A stretch of 64,000 nt of DNA from Octopus sinensis. Its lineage: Eukaryota. The stretch spans positions 40,362,001 through 40,426,000 of the forward strand of contig NC_043007.1 in assembly GCF_006345805.1 (NCBI RefSeq). Reading direction: 5' to 3'. Every line of letters begins with the position of its first letter. The stretch's first letter is position 1. The translations under genes and the position numbers were made by a program. The notes under the pieces are model-generated. The model was not told the DNA's origin. It was given only the letters and a program-made list of their open reading frames with translations, and ran no database searches. Of the stretch, positions 27,167 to 40,215 are shown piece after piece.

Positions 27167-27380
27167 GTGAGAATTTACAAAAAAAACAAAAGACAAAGAC
27201 AGGTGTGTAAACAACAAACAGATGTATTAGTTTAACTCTCGGGAAGTGAGAAAGTCTTTTACATTTCGAGCCTACGCTCTTTGACAGAAAGGAACATAGA
27301 AATAAACAGGGAGAGAAAATAGAAAAAGGTTTAGTGGCTAGCGATCTATCATGGCGAATGCCGGACATGTGTGTGTGTAT

Positions 27381-27422
<42 letters not shown>

Positions 27423-27444
27423 TACATATATATATAATTACTCT

Positions 27445-27647
27445 TTACACTTTTACTTGTTTCAGTCATTTGACTGTGGCCATGCTGGAGCACCACCTTT
27501 AGTCAAGCAAATTGACCCCAGGACTTAATATTGTAAGCCTAATACTTATTCTTTTGCTGAACCACTAAGCTACAGGGATGTAAACACACCGGCATCGGTT
27601 GTTCAGCGATGTTGGAGGAACAAACACAGATACACACACACACACAC

Positions 27648-27689
<42 letters not shown>

Positions 27690-27775
27690 CGACAGGCTTC
27701 TTTGAGTTTCCTTCAACCAAATCCACTCACAAGGCTTTGGTCAGCCTGAGGCTATAGTAGAAGATACTTGCCCAT
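27445..27775 (-). mobile_element. SINE family A, head missing
   Basis: Shared body and tail; truncated at a TA microsatellite. Confidence 0.82.
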
Positions 27776-27860
27776 ATATATATAATATATATATATATAT
27801 ATTATATATATATATATATATACATACAAAAATGCACACACACTTTATATATATATATAT

Positions 27861-27919
<59 letters not shown>

Positions 27920-29311
27920 CAATAATAAATCTCTGAGCGAGATATAAACAGTAACTGCTCTATAACGTAAGGGGGATCAGCCATCTGAATGTGGCTAGGG
28001 ACAGGGCGGGGTGGTGGGGGTGTTACTGATGCATTTAGCCCCAGGCGATCATCGACGTCACCAGAAGGACCGACACCAACACGGTGTCCTTGCTAGCCTG
28101 TAAAGGGAGAGCAGTTACTGTTTATATCTCGCTCAGAGATTTATTATTGTTTTCGAACGGTTTTTCTACATCAGTGACTGTGGTTACTGTGAAAATCCTT
28201 ATATATGCAGCCTGTAGAGAGAGTCCCTCATCGAAGAACGGTGCTTACCATGCGTTGATAAGAGGCAATTACCTCGAACCGGTCCGTATGTAGTATCCGT
28301 ATCTTCGGGGAGGCTGATCAAATCATTTGAACACTACCAAGTGTTTTCTATATTGAGTGCCTTTAGATCTCGTCTGTTGACTTTCTCCCTTTCAACAATC
28401 ATACATGCATGCATACATACATTTTTTTCTTTCACTTGTTTCAGTCATTTGACTGTGGCCATGCTGGAGCAGCACCTTGAAGGATTTTAGTCAAGCAAAT
28501 TGATCGTAAAACCTGATACTGTAAGTGCCCCACAAAAATTTTAATGGGTGCATTTCCACCCCCAGCACCTATGTTCCTAGGACTATGTTCTCAAGACATG
28601 GATCACATCTATCCACCACATCAAGACCACAGAGGTTTTTAATACCTAATATCATAAGAAGATCTTTTCCGTCACCTAGCAAGATAGAATTTTACACACC
28701 GAAATTTATTCTGTGATGGGGTGGATGAATGCGGTGAACTAGTAAAATCATTAGCTCACCAGATAAAATGCTTAGCAGTATTTCATCTATCATTACATTT
28801 TGAGTTCAAATTCTGCTGAGGTTGATTTTGCTTTTCATCCTTTTGGGGTAAATAAAATAAGTACCAGTTGAATACTGAGGTCAATGTAATCAACTTACTC
28901 ACTCCCTTGAAATTGTTGACCTTGTGCCAAAATTTGAAATCAATATCATGGACTGAGTTAATTAAATATAGTAGTTCATGAAATCCTGGAGGAGAGGTGG
29001 TATGAGAAAGAGAAATGAGTCAGCAAAGTATGTCTGGGTGGAGATGACACAAGACCAGCCATCTTCAAGAAGCAATAACCAGTTGTAGCAACAGAAAAGG
29101 CAGACAGAGAAGACAATAGGTTCATTGGCCAGAGATTGAAGTGGTGTGTTGGTTAGTAACTCCATGCCTAGCAGTCAACTGGTTGTTTTTGTGGGATGCA
29201 ATTCATACCAGCAACAGTAGAAGTTGAATCTAGCAACTGCTTGTGATGGTAACAAGTCTGGGCAGTGTGATACTTGTTTATAATTGGAAAAGCATCAGGG
29301 GCAGAATATGG

Positions 29312-29920
29312 GGATCTTTACCTTTTGACCTACAGATTTAAAAAATAATTTTTTGTAACTAAACACTTTCAAACTTCGGACACTAGTAGAATGTGTCATA
29401 TAAAACATGTTTTACTCTTAGCATTTTTGAGAAAAACTTATATTCACAAAGATATTTCACCTTAAAGTTCTCATATTTCGGTAATTTCAACCAATCAATA
29501 TCGTGTATTCAGCTGAATAAAATTACTGCTGTTGTTTGTCAACAAGTACTTCCGGCGGTGTATATTTTGTTTGTCACTGTTATTTATGACAACCCTAAAC
29601 CCCTAACCCCAAAACTCTAACCCTAAAACCCTAACACCTTAAAACCAGTACAAACGCACAAACGATGTCATAAATAACAGTGACAACCCCAAAATACACC
29701 GCCAATAGTTGTTGTTGACAAACAGCGGCAATAATTTTATTCAATTGAATACACGTCATTGATTGGTTGAAATTACCGAAATACGAGAACTTTAACACGA
29801 AATAACTTCGTAAATATAAGTTTTTCTCAAAAATGCTAAGATTCTACCAGTGTCTGAAGTTTGAAAGTGTTTAGTTACAAAAAATTATTCTTTAAATCTG
29901 TAGTCAAAAGGTAAAGATCT
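29312..29920. mobile_element. MITE with long TIRs and central telomere-like repeats
   Basis: Ends GGATCTTTACC...GGTAAAGATCT; arms about 260-280 bp; exact 8-bp TSD GAATATGG at 29304-29311 and 29921-29928; CCCTAA variants in the centre. Confidence 0.9.
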
Positions 29921-31944
29921 GAATATGGACCTCTTACCCTCAGTCATAGGTCTAAAGTTCGACTTTATTATCAACTCTTTCATTTAAAACACATTTTTGG
30001 TGTTTAGCTTCAGGGTCAACCACAACTGAGTAAACATGATCAAAGGCACTCCAATTGTGACCAACACATCTTTCCCCTATGAACAGGAACCCCTAGACAA
30101 CAATATCCATTATGCCATTTTCTAAGATGGTAGAGTGTGACTTGAGGAAGATTTTACTGTTAGTTTTAGTAGTTCAAGTGACCAAATACAAGCTCCACTC
30201 TAATTGTTGCTCCAAACATTTCAGTCATAACTATTCTGATTATTATTCAGACATAGTGTAACCAGGACTACATTAGACAAAAAGATTTGAGGATGACTTA
30301 GCTAGCATTTCTAGCATAATCAAGACTTCGAGGACTGATTCCCTTCCTGACACTAGTGTGAAAATATAAATTGAATATATTCCTAAACCATTGATGATTT
30401 TATATGTATATTAATTTCAGCTGCAGGGAGACTTGGAATGAAGTAGTGAGAGCCAATCTCAAGATGTTGAGCCTCACAGAGGGGATGATAATGGACCGAG
30501 ATGTCTGGTGATATGACATTCTTCAGAAGACCAGCTCACCTCAGCAAAATGGTTCTAGGAGTGCTCTCCAACCACACATTACAATACTTCACCCACCCCC
30601 AACATGAACCAAACCACATCTCATCAAGCACTATGCTTGTCTCTCCCTGCTGCTCCTACAGTCCAACACTGCAATAATTCACACCCTATCACAATGAACC
30701 AAAGTATCTTTCATCCTTCACCTATGTTTGTCCTTGTTTCCCCACTCCTGCTCCTGCAGCCAAACATAACTATATCATCTCTCTTTCCTCTCCTCCTCCT
30801 GCCAACTGTATTAGTGCAATTCTGCAGTTCCTGTATATACCCATGTTCACCACCCACTGCATTTCCCTTACTCTCCTCTCTCTATCTTCTGCTCCTTTTT
30901 CACACACTCGTAAACTCCCCGTGCACTCATCCTGTCCAATCTTTTGTACCACTCACATTCTGTTTCATTATTATCCAAAGGGGCTAAACATAGAGGGGAC
31001 AAACAAGGACAGACAAATGGATTAAGTTGATTACATCGACCTCAGTGTGTAACTGGTACTTAATTTATCGACCCCGAAAGCATGAAAGGCAAAGTTGACC
31101 TCGGCCGAATTTGAACTCAGAACGTAATGGCAGACTAAATACTGCTAAGCATTTCGCCCGGCATGCTAATGATTCTACCAGCTCACCACCTTCTCGCATT
31201 CATATCCTGAAACACTGAGAGTAAGCCCTTGCATATTTTCACTAATATCTTCTCTCTCTCCCTCCCTTTCTCTTCCAACTGAGGCAACCATGTATCTCCT
31301 CTACAGCAAGACATCTATTTCTGTTCTTCTATTGTAGCTAAACCATTCATCATGTGGCACAAAGCCATTTCCCTCAATATCACTCACCACTTTCAGTTGA
31401 GGTTGGTCTTTGTCCTACAAATTATTAGATGACTGTGCTAGTGTTGATGCCACTTAAAAAGCACCCAGTAAATTTTGTAAAGTGGTTGGCATTAGGAAGG
31501 GCATTTAGCCATAGAAACCATGCCAAAGCAGAGAGTGGAGTTTGTCATAGTCCTCTGGCTTGCCAGCTCCTATCAAACCATGTAGCCCATGCCAGCATGG
31601 AAAATGGACTTAATGTGATGATACATATATATATATATATATGAAAAAGGTAGGAAATTAAATTTTCACATTAAACTATGAATGTACCACGTAAAGAGCA
31701 TTCAGTCCACACTGTAGTGGTCGGCATTAGGAAGGGCATCCAGCAGTAAAAACCATGCCAAAGCTGACCTCGCTTGTGCTGGTGCCACGTAAAAAGCACT
31801 CAATCCAGTCTGTGTGATGGTTGGTGTTAGGAAGGGCATCTAGCCTTACACACCATGCCAAAACAGACAGAAATCTGGTGCAGTCTTCTGCCTGGCCTAC
31901 TCCTGTCAAACCGTCCAACCCGTGCCAGCATGAAAGGCAGACGT

Positions 31945-32345
31945 GGATCTTTTCGGTTTGAACGGCAGTTTTTAAAAATAATTTCCACGAAACTAAACAC
32001 TTTTAAACTTCGTATACTGGTAGAATGTGTTTATAAAACATCTTTTTCTCTTAGCTTTATTGAGAAAATTCTATTGTTTGTAAGATATTTGTTGTTTTTT
32101 TCTTCAATTTCAACCAATCAATGACGTCTATTGAGGTGAAAACATTCTGTGCCGTATGAATATGTCCCTCGTTTAAGAAACAGATTGGGTTTATTTACAT
32201 TTCTAAAGGAAAAAAGATACCCTTCCCCCACCCCTAACCCTAAAACAGATTGAAATGCAATAGATCGATACTAGGATCATAATTATGGGTGACAATTTCA
32301 TATGACACCGCTAGAAAAAAACTGCCGTTCAAACCGAAGAGATCC
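31945..32345. mobile_element. Related GGATC-ended MITE inserted in an RTE tail
   Basis: TIRs GGATCTTTTCGGTTTGAACGGCAG / CTGCCGTTCAAACCGAAGAGATCC; 8-bp TSD GCAGACGT / GCGGACGT; short CCCTAACCCTAA inside. Confidence 0.85.
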
Positions 32346-34031
32346 GCGGACGTTAAACGATAATGATGTACACACACATTCATAAATAAACAACATACGT
32401 ACATGTGCGTTATATGTATGCAGGCGCATTATATATACACAAACATTCAGACAAACGCGCTTAACCAAAAGGGGGGAGCACCCCGATTTTAGAAGTCTCT
32501 TTAAGCTGGCATAGTTACGCGCCCTTACTATGACACAACTTGCGTGTGTATGTATGAAAACAGAGCTCCTTTCTATCTAAAAATAGTGAGACTGTTTTTT
32601 TTTATATATCATTTCGTCGTTTAAAGTTTATTTGTGGTATATTTTTATACATATTTTAACTGTACGCCATCTAATACATTCTGAGTTGACTTAATCACTA
32701 CGAAAATGAAAACAGTTTGATTACACATCGTTTTGTTGACGTGGTTATGACTCGATGTTTTGTTGGCTAGCAGTTTATGACACTTAAGTCACATACTACG
32801 AAAGAGAGAAGGTTCCACACATATATATATACGCATAAACACACGTACATATATATATATATATAAGAGAAAGGTAAATAAACGAACGCACAGATTAAAT
32901 GGCAGTCTCTCGAAGTCCCATACATGATGGGAAAGGAAATCTAAAAAGAAATAAAAGTAGGGAAAAAAACAATTCTAATTTCCCTTGATGTGTGGGACTT
33001 CGAAAGACTTATTTCCAACAACTGGTAATTAAGTAAACTGAGAAAGACAGAGATATGGGGAGTTAGATAAATATACATATTGACGTTTTTCGGAGGTTTT
33101 TTTTTTTTAAACGCAAAATTAAGTATAGTTAAATACAGTTATGCATTTACTGAAGAAGCATAATACATTTAGAAGGAGTAATATGAAACTAGCAGAGATA
33201 AATTTCGAAGTCAGTGCCAAAGTTTTCCTTGCGTTTTGCGAAGAAAAAACTCAGGTAAAACACAGAGTTCTATAAACAAAAGAATAATAATAAGTTTAAG
33301 TGAATAGAGAGAGAGAGTGAGGTATATAGACATACAGAGAGGGAAGGAGAGAGCAAAAGAACACAGTGAGGGAGGGAGAGAGCAAAAGAGACACACTGAG
33401 GGATGGAGGTGGTGGGTTATATATATATAGTCCATATTGGTATAAATCAGCGCTTAAATCTTTTTTTACACGTCAACGAGATATGTAAGTCATTGCTGAC
33501 GGTGGACGACAGCAGTGAGACCTAAACAAACTCAGCCTGTATATGACACACACACCATGTCGAACACCTACACGAGGTGTGTTTTGAATACATATATATG
33601 TGTGTATGTTTTTCGAACACGATTACCTGTGTTACCAAAAGTACTTGGCATCCGAAAAGGAAAGGAAGGCGAAAGCTATATAAAGAGTCAGAGATACAAA
33701 GACAGGACAGGCTTTTATCCAAAAGATATCGCTGGACAGCTCATACTGGACCCATGCTAAACCCTGGAGGTTAACGCCCCCTTTTTATAGATTATACATA
33801 AATACACACACACAAAAGGTACTCAACTCTAACCGAGCAGACCTGTGATCAAAAACATTCCAACCATAACCATCCCATCCTTATTTATTGCTATCTAGGG
33901 CTTGAGTAATGATGAGGGAGAGTTCAGCAGCCATTTCTAGTATGTAGGGTGACCAGACAGAAGCTCCCTTCGTCTCACCTGGATGGGCCTGAACGTGAAC
34001 GTACACATACACATGTATGTATGTACGTGTG

Positions 34032-34089
<58 letters not shown>

Positions 34090-34816
34090 GAGTTAAATAT
34101 GTGACTTATCAAGGTGTATGGAAGCCAGGTGAGGTGTTGATAAGAGAGATATTGGCACTCTTTACAGTTACCTGTATTACCATTAACGGTGAGAAGGAAG
34201 TAAACAAGTACTTTTAACTTTCGACCAAAGAAGACGCAGCTGACAAACGAAACATAAGACGATGATGTGTGTGATTCGAGGGGGATTTAGCTGTTATGTT
34301 TAGCAAGCTCGATGACGAATTGCCTAATATATACGGTGATAATGTTGATGTCTAGCCCACGACTAAGCCTTTGATCATATATATATTTATATACGTGGCG
34401 TAATAATGCTGCTGACCGAACAGAGTAATAATCAAAAGCGTTCCAACAATGACCATCCATCTTTTTTTTTTCAGGAGCTATATACTTAACACCGCAACCA
34501 ATGTAGACATGTGAGTGTGTGTGTATACATACATATTTGAGTAACGGTGGTAATTCTGATGTCTAGTCCATGAGCGTTCCAACTTCGACCAACCCGTCTA
34601 CTTTCTCAGGCACTACATACGTAACATTCAACAACCAATATAGACAATGATGATGATATATATATATAAAGAGGAAGGGTGTGTTGTTATTAATTATTGG
34701 TGGGGGCATAAAAAAACAAACATTGTGAAAATGCCGGCTGAGTGAAGAAATACAAGCGATAACACATACAAACAAAATAGCGGATAAAGTGTGACTGTTA
34801 CATTTGTATGATAAAC

Positions 34817-34852
<36 letters not shown>

Positions 34853-34907
34853 GAATGTGGGGGGGGAGAGCAGCGGAGGGTGGGATATGTGGATATTGTG
34901 TACGTAC

Positions 34908-35001
34908 CACTAACTTCCTCTGTACCCTCTGTCAATATATCTTTGGTAAAGTTGGACAACTGACCAGTAATTGTGGAGATACTTCCACCAAGCCACGACA
35001 T
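34908..35001 (-). CDS. TRIP11: TRIP11/GMAP-210 golgin, first coding exon
   Basis: ATG at 35001-34999 gives MSWLGGSISTITGQLSNFTKDILTEGTEEVS, matching the remembered GMAP-210 N-terminus (human ...[25 protein letters not shown]). Phase-1 donor G|GTACGT at 34907. Upstream acceptor ctacacag| at 35012 suggests a separate 5'UTR exon. Confidence 0.93.
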
Positions 35002-35225
35002 GGTTGTATCACTGTGTAGGTATGTGTGTGTGTATGTGCGTACGTATGTGTTGTTGCTGTTGTTGTTATTGATATTAATTGTTGTTATTAATGTTTGTTG
35101 TTGTTATAGTTGTTCTCCTGCTGTTGTTGTTGCTTGTCTTTCGTTTGTTTGTTTGTTTGCGGTGTATTTCTTTTCTGTTTTTTTTTTTTTTAATTTCGAA
35201 AATATAATTCCCCTAATGTGTTTAC

Positions 35226-35350
35226 TTTCGGTGATAAATACAAACATGCCGATAGACAACGAAGACAACGACCGGACAACACAGCTCCTGTACACACTGC
35301 TGATGTAACAGTTTTCCAACTCAAATTTGCCAACACGACGGCAGCCATCT
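35226..35350 (-). other. TRIP11: Possible non-coding first exon of TRIP11
   Basis: Lies between the promoter motifs and a candidate donor aaa|GTAAAC at 35225; would splice to the acceptor at 35012 (214-nt intron). Donor choice is uncertain. Confidence 0.35.
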
Positions 35351-35387
35351 TGGGACTCCACTCACGTCATCCTGTGCGCATGCGCAC
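35341..35387 (-). promoter_or_regulatory. Putative TRIP11 core promoter: NRF1 palindrome, CRE/UPRE-like site, YY1-like motif
   Basis: GTGCGCATGCGCAC perfect 14-bp palindrome at 35374-35387; TGACGTGA (minus) at 35362-35369; CAAGATGGCTGC (minus) at 35341-35352. Lies about 350 bp upstream of the ATG in a CpG-richer unique segment. Confidence 0.6.
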
Positions 35388-36059
35388 TAATGTCGTCTGC
35401 TTCGGAAAGGAAAGAGACAGAGTTATCTTCTTTTATTTCTCTCTTTACCAATCTATTCCTATAACTTTCTGTCATTCTCTTGTTCTTTATTGTTATTATT
35501 TTCGCTTGTTTTCTCTATTAAATTTCCTAGTCTTTCTCTCCAATAGTTCATTCATTCATTTATTCATTGTTTTTGTCTTTCAAACGGACTCACACGTTCA
35601 CTTTTCAACGTGTTCACACATACATTCACTCTCCTGTCACATACTTATGCAACAACGCACGCAGTCTAACACCTCTCTCTCACACTCTCTCTCTCTCCCT
35701 CTCTCTTTATATCTCTCTCTTTCCACTTTTATCTCTCTCCAACTCTCGCTTTACCTTTCTCTGAATCTCTCGGTCTCACTCATTAACTCTTATTACTCTT
35801 TCTCCTCTTCTTCCCTCTTTGGCTAACTTTTGCACACTTACTACTCCCTCTCTCTCTAACTAACTTTTCCGCATTTACCTCTTTCTCTTTTTTTCCTCAG
35901 ACTTCTTTTCTTTTCTGTCTCTTTTATTTTCTTGTTCTTTCAATCTATATCACTCTTGCTTTCCTTCTCTCTCACTCAATCTCTCTGTCACAATCTCTCT
36001 TTTTCTCTTCCTCTTCTCTCTCTTTCTTTCTCTGCGTTTCCCTTGAATAATCCACTTAC

Positions 36060-36805
36060 TGAATGGGGAGGATGCGCAAAATCCAGGAACAACTGATGCG
36101 GTCATACTCCAGTGTAAATCTCTCTATATAAAGCTGAAGTTGTCTGTGTATGGCAGGTTTGGTAGCCTTCGACTAACACTATCTCCTCCGAAACCCTGCA
36201 GCGCAAGTTGACCAAAATAGAGAGTATGATAGAAGAAGGCTTGCTCTTCCTTCCGTAGAAGATAAAATTCAAATCGGACCATGTTAACACCAAAAATTAT
36301 TAACATCAAAAAGGTGATTTTTTTTCTATGAAACTCCCTATTTTTTACGATTTTTTTACTGCTGTGTCGCCATTTTTCGGTGTATTTCAATCAGAAAAAT
36401 ATTCACTTAAAGAAAATAACAAGCTACATAATGCAAAATTTTTACTTTTCAAAAATTCCAATTCTAAAGGGTCGAAACAAACCCGAGCAACGCCGGGCAA
36501 TACTGCTAGTGAAGGAATAAAGTGAACTTATAGAGAAAATTAGCATTTGAGGAATCGTCACTAATGTTCAAGAGGGAAAACTGTTGGCATGGACAAGTGA
36601 TGCGTATGAAAAACTTCTGTAAGATGAAGAAACAAATGACCGAAATAGTAGTCTGCAAAATAGATGATATCGGGTTGGTAAACTTCACGAAGATGATGGC
36701 AATGGAGCGCAACAAGTGGTGATACACCGTAATGAGGCAGACATGTCCGCCTCATACAAGCATGGAACACAGACATAAAATGATAAAGTTGATGACTCAT
36801 CACTT
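36060..36805 (+). mobile_element. Old RTE-like 3' fragment split by a Helitron
   Basis: ...NCWHGQVMRM...MAMERNKW-like C-terminus followed by a catggaacacagacataaaatgat tail; interrupted at 36119-36509. Confidence 0.5.
36119..36509 (+). mobile_element. Non-autonomous Helitron
   Basis: A|TC 5' end; subterminal hairpin CCCGAGCAACGCCGGG; 3' CTAG|T; no TSD. Confidence 0.85.
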
Positions 36806-37169
36806 TTTCAAAATCACAGATTCATTAATTATTTTCTGTAAACGGACCTCCCCAAGAAGTATAATAACTTCTCTGACCCTGTAAACAGCTGATCTATTAT
36901 CTAACATCCTAAAAATAAACAGGGCGATTAAAATCAGTCAACTTTCTTCCAAGTTTCTTTCCATTCTGAGTGACCACCAATACAGCTTTCATAGAGCCAG
37001 ATTCATTTGAGTCTAATCATGAACAGTGATATAAGATCCTTGAGAATTTCAATGAAGATAAAACTAATGGTTGTCCTTCCTATCATCGAAGCTTTTAAAT
37101 GTATCTGACAAAAACCAAAGAAGGAGCCCTGTGTGTGGTCTCACGATCACACTTTATCAACTTAAACCA

Positions 37170-37699
37170 TCTATAATAATACAAGCAAATTTTTTTCTGT
37201 CTGTTCGGGACCCCTGTATCTCAGTCAACACTTGCTCTGCATAGAAATATTATACCGTTTTGGAATCAGGTTGATCCTGGGATTGAAAACCTGCTCTTCA
37301 TTTGGTTCTTGAACATTCAGCATTCGGATCTGATTTAAAAGCATTTGGTTTGCTATTTCTGACAGGTAAAGTTTGGTTGATTGACGTTTGTCAGATGACT
37401 TCAGAGATCAAGGGGGAGATAAATAACATTCGCTTCGTTAATTTTACATCGAGATAAGAACTTTGGGACAAATTAGCCAACAGTTGGAATTCAACTTGGG
37501 ACTGGAACAATAGAATGATTACATTACAGAATTAATTCTCATCTGTCCTTAACCTCTGATCAAACACCACCAGAGCATATAGTCATTATAGACGCATTAT
37601 AGTCATGCTTTTTATGTCTTTAGTTTTGGGCCGCAGGCCCAATCAGCCCCTTGCAGGAGCTAGCTTCAAACTCTGCACGGAGTGCAGCTCTTAAGCTAG
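37170..37699 (+). mobile_element. Non-autonomous Helitron (second family)
   Basis: A|TCTATAATAATA 5' end; hairpin CTGCAC-gga-GTGCAG at 37673-37687; CTAG|T 3' end. Confidence 0.72.
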
Positions 37700-39855
37700 T
37701 GTTAGATAATTTAGTTCTAAAAACACTCTCTTAGAACGAAAACGGGATAGTTACAGCCGGAATGTCTTTGGTCATCCTTCCATTCAATCTGAGTTCACCT
37801 GGGAATACACAATAACAATTGTGTTTGAGATAAGAACTTGCCACCTTACTACCCAGCCAATATATTCAAAGTTTCTTATCTCTCGAATCAAATATTTCCC
37901 TCTAGATCACACCATTACAGTTTGCACAAGCTGAGATATCTTTAAGTCACTATCAACTCTGGTGGACCTTAGGTTTAGGTTGTGGCTTCCACACACTTCG
38001 TCTACACAAATGAATGACTTATTGCCACTCCTGACTATACACACACTTCTGCACTTCAACCTTCTTCAACTTTTCACTTACAGACATTATCTGTACACCT
38101 CAAACCACTGATTCTACAATTGAAACACTCAACAACAACTTTAACGAAGACACGATAACGCAATCTTTCCAAACAATAAAAACTGCTACATTTACCTAAG
38201 GGAAAAAGTATTGCATTGTTATGCTTTATAGCGAGACCCTTTTTCTATTATAGCATATTAAAAACATTTTATAGCTTATCACGTTAATCTATATTGATTG
38301 GTCAACATACCTACTATGTGAGTGTTTGGACAATTGTTGGGTCCTGTGTTGTGTTTGGTTGAGTATTGATTTGGAATTGAATCGAAGGTCTGGACCTCAT
38401 CCCTCCCAACATTGGTGTGGCAAATTATTTACAGTTCAGTTGGGTGAGAGTTTTTTATCAAGGCGAGTTACGTGGATCCCTATCGTTTTTCAGAGGAGAA
38501 TTAATATAACGGAGCCCACGCAATCAACCACGACCAAAGGTGAATTATACAAATGATGAATGAACAGCAACTGCCAGAATTTGTAATGTTTCTTGCTTTG
38601 ATCCACTGTATCATTTTACGAAGGAATAAAGTTGTACTGTTATTTTACAATTAGTTTCTTTTGTTACTTCCGCAAAAGAACACGCAACATATATTGCATA
38701 ATGATATACATTAGAAACCCTTAAAACTTTCATTATACATGAACATCGGTCTAAATCCTTCAAAATTACTACAAATTAAGCGAATCGCAGTTTCCCTTAC
38801 CATCATATGTATAAATGGCAATTTCTATCTGTTTTTCTGTTTGTTACCATCTTGCTGCCTACACCAGTGAACCAACCTTGACGAAACTTTGCATACATGT
38901 TAAACTAACATCCAGTTGAATTATAGGTAAATTGGATTTCAATAAAAATTTTAAATGAGACCCCTGGGTGTATGTGTGTGTGTGTGTGGGGGGGGCGCTT
39001 TCCGGTTTATTTTATTCGGTTGTGCTATTATTTAATAAAATGAAAAGGGTGCAAGAGTGTTAGAGTATATATAGTTTGTTCCTTCTCGAGCCATGTCTGG
39101 CTCATAAGGGCCGGTTTCCCGGTTTCCTTGGCGTATAGGTTCTCCACCTGGATGAAACGCCGGTCCGTCGCAGGTGAGCTGCAAGGTGCAGGAGGAAAGA
39201 GTGAGAGAAAGTTGTGGCGAAAGAGTCAGCAGAAGTTCGCCATTACCTTCTGCCGGAGCCGCGTGAAGCTTAGGTGTTACGCTCTTAAACACACACATTG
39301 CCCGGTCTGAGATTCGAACCCGCGATCCCTCGACCGCGAGTCCACTGCTCTAACATATATATATATATATATATATAAACATATTCATATATACATATAT
39401 ATATGTACATACCTACATCTATGTATATATACATGCATATATGGGTACAGGACACCAAAAAAAAAAACGCTGAACACAATGAGAAACGAAAACATATAAA
39501 CAAAAACATGGAAACGAACTTTTTTTCAAACAACGAAAAAACAGAGTACAAGCCATACAACACAAGGAATATTCCCCTTCTTCAGTTGTCCCAGTTTCGT
39601 CTACTCCGCGTTACGAAGGTAAGGACAAAACACGACTTCGTTGAAACGGTCCTTCCGGCAAAGCAAATTAAATAAAGTTTGGTATTTTTTTGCCGAGTGG
39701 TAAAAGTGGTACCAAGAACAGGACAATAAAAACAAAACAAGACGGTAAAAACAATACAAATAAAAACAGTAAAAGACAGGACAAGGAGAATAACACAGTA
39801 AAAACAAACGATGAGGGTTGTTGTTAAGTCAAGACGATGGAAAAATTATTTAAAA

Positions 39856-40215
39856 AATATGATTTGGTTTTGGGGATCGAATGATTGGAAAAGTGATTGA
39901 ATCAGAGATCTGTGTGAGTGGAAGAATACTAAGACGCAACAGAGGTGGTGATAAGCAAAAGAGGCGGGGTATATCAGGAGGCTTCAATGGATGAAATATA
40001 TACGAGTTGTTGGTACAGAAATATAGAAACTATTATTGCTAGTTCCTATATTTCTGTACCAACAACTCGTATATATTTCATCCATTGAACCCTCCTGATA
40101 CACTCCTCTCTTTTGCTTATCACCACCTCCGTTGCGTCTTAGTATTCTTCCACTCACAAAGATATCTGATTCAATCACTTTTCCAATCATTCGATCCCCA
40201 AAACCCAATCATATT
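39856..40215. repeat. Long near-perfect inverted repeat (foldback)
   Basis: Arms 39856-40032 and 40040-40215 (about 177 bp, roughly 10 mismatches by eye); 7-nt loop. Confidence 0.95.

Noticed and set aside
35218-35826. 202-aa plus-strand ORF over the promoter
   Set aside because: Low-complexity F/L/S content from CT-rich sequence; no recognisable homology.
39560-39600. CUGAAGA plus hairpin on minus as a hammerhead
   Set aside because: No GAAA or closing stems follow stem II.
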